From Antedon mediterranea (lineage: Eukaryota; Animalia; Echinodermata), in NCBI RefSeq assembly GCF_964355755.1, contig NC_092671.1, positions 9,734,001 through 9,798,000 on the forward strand: 64,000 nucleotides of DNA, written 5' to 3'. The notes under the pieces are model-generated. The model saw only the letters and a program-made list of their open reading frames with translations. It did not search any database and was not told the DNA's origin. Position 1 is the stretch's first letter. Every line of letters starts with the position of its first letter. The position numbers and the translations under genes were made by a program. This document shows, piece by piece, positions 1 through 11,901 of the stretch.

Positions 1-498
1 AAACGGTTATCCTATCCACCGTTTCTTAAATTCTCAATCCACACCTTGCCCCCATAATTCATATTCAGAATTTAATACAAGTTTATGATCGGGACAGATA
101 TTTGAGATCGGTTTACTTGATGTTCAATTTCATACACAATTAACTCTAACACATGTATCGCATTTGGGTGTGACGGCAATGCCTCGTTGTATTCATCTGT
201 TCCTTAAGGACAACATTTTTGTCTATAGCTACCGTATTTGTATTGGAAACTCTAGTTATGTGTCCAAATCCTGGTAAGGTCGCAACATGTTGTTAATGCT
301 GTTAATTTTCGATTTATATTGGTGCAAGATAATTACTTGTTGTCGTATATTACATTAGCCAAATAGCTCGTCTTAAAAATTAAAAGATGTTAAAATATAG
401 GTCTACATGAATTCGTTAAGTCTGTTTTTCCTATAATTAAAATAGGAATTATTCGCAAAAATTTAACACGCCAGCCTATGCTCATGCGCATATTATTT

Positions 499-656
499 AG
501 CTATGTCTGCAATCACACTTTGTGACAAACAAATGTGATGTGCCCATATATGGACATGATGATGTCATACCACTACCATATTTAAGCATACCACTACCAT
601 ATTTGGGCACATCACACTTTTTTTTATCAAAATACATTGATAGTGTAGACAGCGCT
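499..656. mobile_element. Harbinger-like MITE family A, copy 1
   Basis: Degenerate TIRs (agct.tgtct.ca... / ...tgatagtgtagacagcgct). Internal sequence is shared with copies at 11273-11416 and 14108-14265. Confidence 0.7.
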
Positions 657-722
657 TTAGATTAATACTTGTAGGTTAAACAATTATGAAAAATTATCAA
701 TGTTTCTACTATCAAAAATTAA

Positions 723-803
723 TATAGGCCTACCTAGTTATAGGCCTACCTAGTTATAGGCCTACCTAGTTATAGGCCTACCTAGTTATAGGCCTACCTA
801 GTT
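723..803. repeat. 16-bp tandem repeat (tataggcctacctagt) x5
   Basis: Read directly from the sequence. Confidence 0.95.
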
Positions 804-2373
804 TCAAGTGTCATAGAAATTGTATATAAAACATGAAATCAAACATTTGGCTCACCTGATCAAACATCTAATATCTAAACAAGTATTTACATTCATGATA
901 TATAGAGATTGTCTAACGATCACGTGATGGGATTATATGTAGGCTTTATATCTTTTTTTTTAATTGACTATAATTCTTTAAGAACACCATTATTAAGGGG
1001 ACACACATATTAGTGGTAAAGTTTCCTTTGAAACGAACAAGAAGAAATACAAAGTGTTAACACTTTGTGAAATTCTAAAATGAAAGAAGCAGACATAGGT
1101 CTGTGCCTACCAGACATACAACCCTTTATTTTCTTTAACAGAAATTGCGAACATGTCTTAATGTCATGTGCAGCGCAATTATTTTAGTTAAGTACGTAAA
1201 CATAACAAAAAGTGTTTACATTCAGATTTAGAATTATTCATTGCAGAGATAGGCTAGCATGATTCTATATTGTCACGAGAATCTTTAGTTGTTGGGTTAA
1301 GAGCCGATGCAGATGATGCTTTTTGACCTGGCACATTTAATTGTATTTGACAAAAAAATGTTTAATCGGGGATCCCTGGTTCAATATTGTTGCCGTGTCC
1401 CTTCTTATTAGGGTGTCTTACGAACATTGGAAGTGAATAGGAGATTCATAGGGGTTACCATGTACCTCGAAATAAATGCAAGCGCGATTGGGTTAGCCTT
1501 ATGTCGTCAGTAGTACCAGAAAGACATCAGTTGAGGCGCACTGTGAGTTCGCGAGCGCATGCATAATTTGAACTGACCAGGGAGTTGTTATTTGGTCTAT
1601 GATTCAATAACATGGTACCTAAAAAAGGGGTCGTGGCGGGGGGGGGGGTCTACAGAGGTCAAAGTAGATCGTATCCGTTATTGCTACATACTAACCAAAA
1701 TATTGTTTAAGTCTCAAACAATAATTCGGAAAGTCTATATAAAGATAGACAACAATATCGACAACATTTGACCCCAGTGTTTCCTTCCTCATTATAGTGT
1801 TGTTTAGTCGTTCACATTTTATAGCCAATTAATGTCATATAGCTATTGTTGGAAATAACAAAGTAATGATCATGAAGTTAATAAGATCAACCTTCGTTCA
1901 AGGATCTGGTATTTTTTATTTACTAACACACCACAAAATGCAATATAATGTATGTATACCATAAACAGAAGAGATAATGTTTATATTAATGGGCATGACG
2001 TATGACAAATTAAACAAGAAATATTTCGTACAAAAAACGCAGCTCATCTAACGACAACTACCGTCTACATGCATCTCAATATTTATCAGCAAATGTTTTA
2101 ATAAACTCTCTTTTCCCAGACGTGCTTTGGGGTGTGCGCATGCCCAGTTCGAGATTCCAAATACCCATTTTTTTTATCCGTAGTAAACTGTGTAAGCTAC
2201 CGCTCCGTTCTCTTGAATATAGCTGCCTAAAGGAGCGGCACGAAAAACACTAGGCCAATACACAATTACGCTGGACGGCATACATGTCTATACTCCTCAG
2301 CACTATACATATTTGGTTTCTTTTAAATATTGATCAAATTTGCTTTATATTGATTGATTGATTTTATTTTCAG

Positions 2374-5300
2374 GATGGCGAAATTGGATAGCATGGACAC
2401 CTTGCTCACGTGATTGTGGGGGCGGTGTTCGACGTCGAAGACGAATCTGCGTTCGTGATTTCGCAGATGCTTGCGAAGGAAAAGCTCTGGAGATACAACA
2501 CTGCAATAAATTCAAATGTGAAGGTATTACAATAAAAAAATAATCATTTTGTACCGACCGTATACGACGACTTAAAAAAAATGAATGGAAACTTGAATTT
2601 TTTTTTTAAATGTATGGGAAGCGTACTCGTATTGTGCTGTATTGGATTGACCATATAAATGTTAAAGATGTCAAAAACATGAAAAATAAAGATTACTAAA
2701 ATCAGAATTTGAATATGCCATTTTGCAGTTTTAATAATGTTATTCACTTCTGTAGAAAAAATTTAATTTAAGTATGTTTTGCTTTAAATTACATTTTTGC
2801 AGGTAAATAATGGTTTTTTTCGATCAATTTTTTGGTCAAAGTGAACAACTCTTAACATTAAAATGTCTTATTTAAGTATTTTTAGGGGACAATATATCTT
2901 AAGCATAAGTCTGGAATAACTGATAAGGTAGTTATTACTAAAAGGTACATTCGGATGTGTTTTTGAAATAAATAGATGTTATTGAACCAAAAAGTGGGGT
3001 GTAACATTCTACCAGGAAGCTTCGTAAGACCTGTGCCCTTACAACATAGGCCTACATTAAGTTCAAACAAGTAGGAGTAGTATTGTCATTAAAACATTCT
3101 GAAAATACTAACCCTACTAGAATGTATACCGATAGAGTAACTTCATTAATATGGATGTTGACAACGGGGGGGGGGGGGGGCTAGGCTCGATGAACTACGA
3201 AAACATTTATAATTTAACATGAGCAAAAACGAACATTACGCCGGCCCGAGGGCTTCACGGCTCATCGACATGTCTCGTCTACATAACTTGACCCCCGACC
3301 ATTAATGTTTATGATACGTATCTGAAATGTAAGCAATGATATTTTAAAGAAGCTTTAAGGAAAGTGGTGTAACATAACATACTTGTCTATCAAATCCGGG
3401 AGTCCTATTCCTTTAAAAAAGATGTTCTTATGGCTAAAAACATTGCAATACGCCTCATTGATTTGTAAACAGAATGATAAAACTGTGTTAAATTTATTCA
3501 TGGAACAAATGATAAAGTATGGTATTGTTTAAATAATGCCTTGTTATTTTAACCTAGGGAATCAAGACCTAATAAAGTTGCTATCACTGTCATCATTACC
3601 GAGTGGGGTCCAACTCAACCCTCCCCGGCAGCAAATAGGATATTATCGCATCGACCGCAGCGCCATACTTCGGATGAAGACATCCGACCTTTTTGGCAGT
3701 ACGTTTCCAACAAGTTTCTCAATCATCATGACCATCAAGCCACGTCTGTCAGACGACCAACGTCATCTGTATGTCCTGCAGATGGTTGATTCTAGTGGAT
3801 TCCTTCAGCTGGGCATCAGGATCAGTGATAATCCTTCACTTGTGTACAGTCAGAAGGATGGTTTGGTTCGCAAAGAAATCTCACTCTCGTTCCCAATCAA
3901 CATGCTGGATCGAAAGTGGCATAAGCTGGCCTTCAGTATCAAAGGCTCTGAAGTGACGTTGTACGGTGACTGCGCTTATGTTTACAATGGCGAGATGGAG
4001 GTGGACAATCTTGCCATTGACCCAGAAGGTACAACGTCACTTGGCTCGGCAACGTCGTTAAATAGAGATATGTATTACGAGGTTAGTATAGCTTAAATAA
4101 TATGCGATTAAGGCGCTCCATACTATTGAAACAGTACAATACAAATAGGCCTGTACTATTTTCATATGAGAAAAAGTGGAACATTTCGTGTGTGTAAATA
4201 TGTTTGTTTAAACTTATTTTGATGCCCTCCATCACGCTCCTTTCCGGTGCTGTTAATATAATAAATGTATTTTTATATTATAGGGAGATATTATACAACT
4301 GATAATAGATGATGATCCAAATGCTGCGGCTCTGCATTGCCCAAGAGACAACAGATCGGTAAGAAAATAGTCATCATAGAACATAATAATACCGTAAATA
4401 GTAACCCACACTCTAATAGTAACCCACACTCTAATAGTAACCCACCTTATAAGTCAATCTATAATAATAATAATAACCCACTATTCTAGGGGTTACTATT
4501 AGAGTCACAAAAACTTATGATGCAGCCGTATTTTGAAAATAAGGAGATAAAGTTAAGTGGGGGAGGATTGAGTGTTTTGAGTTTATAAAATAAAGTTAGA
4601 GTTCAACCAAATTTGTTTATTCGTAATGTTTTATTATTTTGCTATGAGTTGCTGACGGAAAAGTTGGGGTGGGTTTGTAATCCACTACTCTAATAGTAAC
4701 CCACCCTAAAAAACAATAAAAGAATAATAACCCAGGGATACAATTAGAAGATTTACGGTATATTGTTTGTAACACCATTATATGAAATATATTTTCCTGT
4801 TTCGTCCATACACGCATTTAATTGTACTGTACTGTGCCATACCGTTTAAATAATAGTAAAAACATTTTCTTTTAGGTTCATTATCCTCAGATTCCACCAA
4901 TGTTTGATAACATGATTTACCCACAAGTGAGTGACGTTGCTCGTGAAGAACCAACAACCAAGGTCACAAAAGAACCACCATTGGGTCTACCTTCAACAAC
5001 AGAAGAGCCACAAGAAACCACCGCAAAAGAAAGCAATCCAATGAATTTCGTAAAGAAACCAGATATAAAGCCTACACGTAACACGATAACGTACACCAAA
5101 TCACAAAAAATTACTTCAAGATCAGTCGAAAACGTTGAAGTCATTGACGAATACATTCCAACACAACAAGAAGTGTCAAAGCCGAAAGATGAGTCAGAAT
5201 CGGAGATGGAAGAAGAGGACAGCGTCAGTAACTTTTCTTTTGATAACATATTTGAAGACAATCAGGACAATCTTGGCAATCTTTTCTCCAGTGAAACAAC

Positions 5301-8300
5301 TGAGTCTCGCAGCCCGACAGTAAACTTTGTGGGCCTTGGCGGTAGACGTGGTGATGTTCAAGACATTGGTTCGGGTGATGATCTAGGTCCGTTCATTATA
5401 TTTTTATCACAACTATAGTACAATAGTGGTCTATCCCGTAACAACTTATATTGTCCTGACAAAATGGTAATACAATACGGCAAAAGTGTTTACTTATTAG
5501 TCGGCAGATTTATAGTAATAACAGTCTACAATTATAATTTGATTGCGTTTAAAACACACTCGGTTATAAAAGCATTATACACTCACTATAAACAACTGTT
5601 TTATCAGTATCAGTACTGAAAGTACATTACGTTAATCATATTTGTAAATTTTTCCCAGAAACTTTACAGTGGATGGAGTGGGGGGTTTGCACCCAGACAT
5701 GTGGGTCTGGGGTCAAGCTGAGATTAGCGCGTTGTCCGCCCAACTCGAAACACGAACGTTGCGCTCACGGGCAAACTATGGCCCGAGAGATAAAGAGATG
5801 TGTGCTACCAGCGTGTAATGGTATGTACGTATAGGCATGAAACCTAGAGCATGTACGTAGACGCATGTACCCAAACGCATGTACGTAGACGTTATGTACC
5901 CAGACGCATGTACCGAGATGCTTCTAACTAACAATAGTACTGACAATGTAGCATTTATTTAGAGTGATGCATAGTATCTGAGAGAGTATTTAAAATCGAA
6001 TTATTGTCTCAGATATTAGGCCTATGGATAGTCAGCAAAATGCATGTGCTTCTTCTAACCCGCATGCGTAGAGTGGCATTACTTTTTAGCAACCGAAACA
6101 CCCTCATCTGCATGTTTTCAATCGATTCTATGTAATCCATTGAATTATACAGTATGATGAAAATCATAGGCAAATTATGTAATTCGTTGCCTACTACATG
6201 TGGCGCCTGTATTAGGTTACGATAACATTATGACCTACGATAAAGGCGTCACATGTGATACGTGTGTTGCACTGTATCACAGAATTTGTCTTCGATACTG
6301 TGCAAATTATAGCTACAGTGCCGCGAATCGGCTAGCATAATTTACTAATATTCTTGTCTTTCTCTAAAAATCACATTTATGTGGGGAATAAATACTTTAG
6401 TATCTCATTTGAAATAGTGCTGTATTTTTAATATGCCACGCCAATGCATGCTTTAGATATTTCATATATATTGATTGATTGAATTTATTTGGTTCATACA
6501 TAAAATACATTATAAAATAGACGAAAAACAGTACATCAAATTCAAAAGACAACACCAGAAAAGTACTAAAAAACAGAAGGTGTCAAACAATGGAAACAGA
6601 ACAAAATGAACCAAGGATAATTAGATAAAGTTTCACATTTTCAGTGTAACTTATTTCCATCTAAGTCCTTATGTACATTTAACTGAGACAAATTGACATC
6701 TTTAAAAAGTTATTTAAACAAAAAAGTAAACGCAATTTCATAAGAGAGAAACAAAAAATATACATTTCAATATATAATTAAGGTTTGTCAATTACAGAGG
6801 TTTTCATCTGGTCACCGTGGACTTACTGCAGTAAAACCTGTGGCGATGGTGTGAGACAACGTGTTGGATTTTGCTATCCTAGTTCCAGCGATAAGATCTG
6901 TCTGGATAACGGTCCCGGTACTGTTATAGATCGACGCAATTGTAACGAAAAGGCATGTGAAGGCAAGTCGTTAATAACATGTTATTATTAGTACAAATAA
7001 AGTAGGTGGTAGTAATTTATTCATTATTAATTCATTCATTTTCGTTCAAATTTCAGAACCGTGTCATCCAGGATGCAAAAACGGCGGCCGTTGCAATTAC
7101 TACACCGGAACGTGTTTATGTAATGTGGGCTTTTACGGTAAACACTGCGAACACAGTAAGTTTATTGATACTTCCTTATTTAGTATCATTTGTTATTCGT
7201 CACTGATATTGGCATTGATATGAAATGTATACATTAAAACATGAATAAAACTACTACAGTAATGAATTGGTCGTATACGAATTAGTGCACGATTTTGTGT
7301 GACGATATAGAGGGCGCTCTAACTTTTCAAAAAACTAGGGAAAAAAATTCTTTATATATATGGCTCTGTCAAAACTAGGATTCTTCAACAAACGACTTAA
7401 AATTAATATCAAAGCCTCTGAAAACATAGAGACTTATAAAATACAATTGGTTATTCGTAGTATAACACAATGTTGTTTTTGTTTACATTTATGTCAGATT
7501 TATGTGACGAGCCTTGTAAGTTTGGCGGGAGGTGCGTTGCAAAGAATTATTGTTCGTGTCCGTATGGATTTCTTCCACCATTCTGCAGACGTAAGTAACG
7601 ACATAGAGCTACAGTCAACATTAACAAGTACTAAAATGGATTTTTGTTTTGTTTTAAAGCGTTCGAATTACCATGGAGAAATAAGTGAACTTATTTCTCC
7701 ATGGTAATTCGAACTTATTTCTCTATGGAATTACAACATCAATTGAACTTAGGGGGTTGGAATAAGATATCCACGTATTTATCTAATAATCTATCTATGG
7801 TATTGCCAGGGTAGGGAAGACTGATTCACTAGTATATTACGAGGAGTAGGGGAGATCGCAGGATAAATTGAATTATCCCCGAGCCACCAATATTTCCTAA
7901 TATCCTTCTACTATTTACATGGGTCGATCCCAAGCTCAGGATAGTTTTGTTTATCACTAAATCAATTCTTTCGTTTAGCAATTTGTGATCCTCCGTGTTA
8001 CAATGAGGGAGTATGTGTTTACAAAGATCAATGTTCGTGCAAACAGGGATGGAAAGGCCCAAACTGTCTAGCACGTGAGTGTTTTAATTCATTTCATATC
8101 ATAAGCAATATAAACGGTGTTTTTGGCTGATGAAGATGGAATTGTGGGTATAATAAGTAATCCTAAATATAATATGAGCCTACATTGGATTCTGAAACGT
8201 ATTGTATAATTTTAAGATTACAAATGTTACGCTTTTCCTAATCACTTTTTAAAGGAATATGTTTATATATTTCGTGTTTATGTAATAATGTGGAAACTAA

Positions 8301-10162
8301 CATTTTCAATACAATAATTACGTAAGGCTGAACAGGTCGAGCTAAACCTTATAAATGATTTCTCGTCACCGACCTAAGCTTAAGAATCCTAACAACAATG
8401 TTTATTTGAGACGATTAGATTGCCTTGCTTTTTTCATGAGTTTAAAGTAATCAATTGATGTTATGATTGTATTCCCCCAGCTATCTGTAAGGATTTCTGT
8501 TTGAATGGCGGTCGATGCGTGGGTCCAGATCGGTGCGTTTGTAGGTCTGGCTACACAGGGGACAACTGTGCAACTCGTGGGTTTAATTTAACTTTCTTTT
8601 GTGTACTATCGTTATAATGTGATTTTGATATCATTAAACTACTTTACAAAAAGTATTTCGATAAAAGTTTAAAGAGAACAACTTACTGGCAACATTGCAA
8701 TACATTTATAACAAAATAATTTAACACAAACCGATAATACATTCCATACCGGTATTAATAAATAGTACCAAAAAAATGGAAGTAACATTTTTTACAATAA
8801 TCCCAATCGGAACCTGTGTCATCATCGATACAAATCAAATTTCACTCCACTTAAGATGGTTCAACAGCTATATTTATGATTTTTATATTGTACTTGTATG
8901 TGTAAAGGAACTAGCATCAGCTTATGCTGCTTGGGGTCACCCTTACTTGGTTTAATCAGGGAGTTGTAAAATAATTTATTTTACAACTCCCTGGTTTAAT
9001 CAAAGAAAAACTAACTTATTTTTACTATCCACTACACAGCTATCTGTAGGCCGGTTTGCGAAAATGGTGGTGAATGCATTTCTCCTTATTTCTGCAAATG
9101 TCAGTCGGGGACTAAAGGTCAACGGTGTAGTGTTAGTAAGTATAGTAATCTTGATCTGTTCCCACCTACCTTATGCCTGTCCTCTGTATTACAGGCTGTT
9201 GATATCGATTTGTATCCGAAATAAGTGTTTGATCAATAGCTTTTCCATTGCTTTTGTAGAGTACTGTGAACGGTTCTGTAGAAATGGTGGCAAATGCATA
9301 GGTGCAAACAAATGTGATTGTCCAAGAGGATACGGCGGACAGTTCTGTCAAACACGTAAATAGTGCGGGTTTTGTTCTAGTTTCTGTAACGATACTTATT
9401 TGAAATACTAACGCACCTTCAAAACAGTGATTTAACGAACAAAATAAAACATAACCAGCGTAAAACATTCCTGGTCACTGAATAACGCTTTATGGCGCTG
9501 TAGCAGAAAAACATTCCCCGTCACACGCTGCACAAGCGACCACCTTTATGCAAATTCGCTTAACGACACGTCACAATTACTCGAATTTCTCATTTTATAT
9601 CGATTTAATAAGTCGCTAACATTTACAATTTGCTATGCATATTTGCTAGTGTTCGAAAAATCTTGAAGGAGTAAATGTGTTTATTGTATGATTTCTTTTT
9701 TTCTACAGAAATATCTAAACCACCCAATCGTGCATTACCAATTAGGCACCAGACGAGGGTAAATACAGGGTTAGCTGGTAGAAATCAGTATTACCCATCG
9801 AGAGGTGGTAGACCTGGACATTGTCGCTATGAAAGCTACACAATGTCATTTAAGAGAGGGTATGCACATAAAGTACAGAAGACTTATGAAGAAGACTGCG
9901 GACCATGGACGAATAAAAAATGTACACGCACAAAGTAAGTGAAATTCGTCAACACGTAACGCGTATTTTATTCTGTACAGCGAATTTTGCATACAGTGCT
10001 AAATTTGGAACATTATGTCAATAATTGTATCGAGCATGTAATTCATTTTCTTTTACAGGTAACTAAATAATAATTTTAATTTTTGTATTTTTCAGATATG
10101 TGTACGAATATGTCTACAAGCAATTTTACCGAACAGCCTACCGATGTATTCAGCCTTCCTGA
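2374..10162 (+). CDS. Multi-exon extracellular mosaic protein: TSP1, TSPN/LamG, acidic Ser/Thr-rich linker, 2x TSP1, 6x EGF, C-terminal EMI-like module (5' end unresolved, >=818 aa)
   Basis: Exons 2374-2523, 3558-4081, 4284-4358, 4876-5386, 5659-5820, 6798-6962 (GC donor), 7057-7155, 7498-7590, 7979-8074, 8481-8576, 9040-9135, 9260-9355, 9709-9934, 10096-10162 join in frame to TGA at 10160-10162. Motifs: WxxWxxCSxxCGGGxxxRxRxC (TSP1), FPTSFSII...[22 protein letters not shown] (TSPN), CxNGGxC..CxCxxG(Y/F)xGxxC (EGF). Confidence 0.88.
4392..4758. mobile_element. pogo/Tigger-like MITE with internal ctctaatagtaacccac repeats
   Basis: TA-CCGTAAAT ... ATTTACGG-TA termini and several internal copies of the same motif in both orientations. 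Confidence 0.6.
6471..6760 (-). mobile_element. 5'-truncated LINE (CR1/L2-like) 3' UTR
   Basis: On the minus strand: a stem-loop (aaggacttagatggaaataag...tttatctaattatcctt), then AATAAA and a (TCAA)n tail. Confidence 0.55.
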
Positions 10163-10685
10163 AATCTTTAATATACGTCCGATATCTGAAGACCGTCGCG
10201 TTTTAGGTACCACGAAAAGTACTTACCATAACGCACCAGTAACGCTCTTTGGAGTAACACTCTTTGTTCTGTGTTAACGCAATCTTATAATTTGTAACCA
10301 GAATGCTTTAATTCCACTGAATTGGAACTACGTATAAATATGTCTTTTTGGATTTTTATATTGTGTTATCAAATGCTTTATGTAGGCCTATCCTTTTGAG
10401 TGTTCGATCTATTTATGTAATGTCCACTACACGATATATGGATACACTTATTGTGCTAGTGAAATTACATGACCGCAATATAATTGTTTGGTTTTCGTTA
10501 ACGTATTCAATAATTGAGCTAATTAGGCTTAATATAAATACGTACTACTGCACGCGTAACGCTATCAAATAAGCTTGCCAATTAGGGCACCTTCAATTTA
10601 AAATATTGTCAGATCGGATACATGAACGTACAAACTAAATTTTCAAAATACAGCTAAACTTCATAGTCAAGATCCTAGTAATTAA

Positions 10686-10811
10686 AGCCTGTTTTCTATT
10701 AGGCGAATTTATTTGTGCTAATAGAAAATGTTGGGTAATGTGCATGCGTACTTGATGACGTAACCGATAAGATTCGTGTGAATATTCGATCGCCTAGTGT
10801 GAAAACAGGCT
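10686..10811. mobile_element. Harbinger-like MITE
   Basis: TIRs agcctgttttc / gaaaacaggct flanked by TAA on both sides. Confidence 0.7.
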
Positions 10812-11272
10812 TAAATCATGAACGTGTATTAAAAGTTAGTCATTTTTGTATGTCCTTAAAGAATACGTGCCTTAAAGTTTCATTTAGCCCAATTTGCCAT
10901 GTAATGTATTATATATAGCTGTTAATTATTTATTTCTTAAAAAAATACATATTGCTGAAATCGTATATAAAAATAAGTTAAATATTCTAAATGTGTATAT
11001 AATAATAATAATAAAATAGTAGTTTTGTAGTTGAGCCGCTTATTTTTCATAATCAACAAAAGTAACGAATTGATGGGGGCTAAATTACTGTACAAAACGT
11101 GCCTATAAGTTTGACTTCAATAAAGGTCTTAAATATAATATTCAATGCGAGTTATTTTATCAATACTGTTAATTTGGGTAATCAATACATCATTTGGTTC
11201 CCAACGCAACGTAGGCAAGTGAGTTGACCAATCACAGACGACGGGTGAGTCATTGCGTCCCGAGTGTACCAA

Positions 11273-11416
11273 GGCTCTGTCTACACTGTTATCAAACTTT
11301 ATGTGACAAACAAATGTGATGTGACAACAAATGTACACGATGATATCATATCACTATCATATTTAAGCATATCACACTTTTTTTTGTCAAACTAGTTTGA
11401 TAGTGTAGGCAGAGTT
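11273..11416. mobile_element. MITE family A copy 2, apparently inserted into a family B copy (about 11190-11481)
   Basis: TIRs ggctctgtctacact / agtgtaggcagagt, with family B sequence (ttggttccca, gaccaatcaca, accaagct) on either side. Confidence 0.65.
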
Positions 11417-11760
11417 TACGGTTTTGTGCACTTATTTCCTCACCAATTACGTCGCGTTGCGTCCAAATAAAAACCAAGCTTTACTTGAAGAAGCGAAATG
11501 CTTTTAATTCTTGTTCGACACACCAAAAACAACATTTGTCGGATAAAACAAATTAAAATATTAAACACGTTTTATGAACATAATATAAATTTAATTCCAG
11601 TGAATAATTCTAATTAAAAAAAACCGAAATTATTTCAATCGGCAATTATTATATATCAACACAGAACAAACGAATGATGTCTAGTTTGGGGAAGGGGAGT
11701 AAGGAGAAAACAATTATACTTGTAATACCGGTATTAATATTGGGTACACTTATGTATTTA

Positions 11761-11901
11761 AGCTTGGTTACCATTTAGACGTGACGTAAGAGCGTAAGCG
11801 CAACACAAGTGATTTGACCAATCACAAGCGACAGTTCGATTGATTGATTAATTGCTTGTGATTGGTCAAATGATTTACATTGCGTACGCGGGAACCAAGC
11901 T
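11761..11901. mobile_element. Harbinger-like MITE family B
   Basis: TTA-agcttggtt.cca ... gggaaccaagct-TTA with internal inverted gaccaatcacaagc repeats. Confidence 0.75.

Noticed and set aside
2120-2191. Candidate first exon for gene 1 (ATG at 2140, GTAAGC donor at 2192), possibly creating a Sec codon
   Set aside because: Splicing to 2374 gives T|GA, an in-frame stop. No SECIS or signal peptide is evident, so the true first exon remains unidentified.
4917-5261. 114-aa - strand ORF
   Set aside because: Antisense shadow of the Ser/Thr/Glu-rich exon of gene 1.
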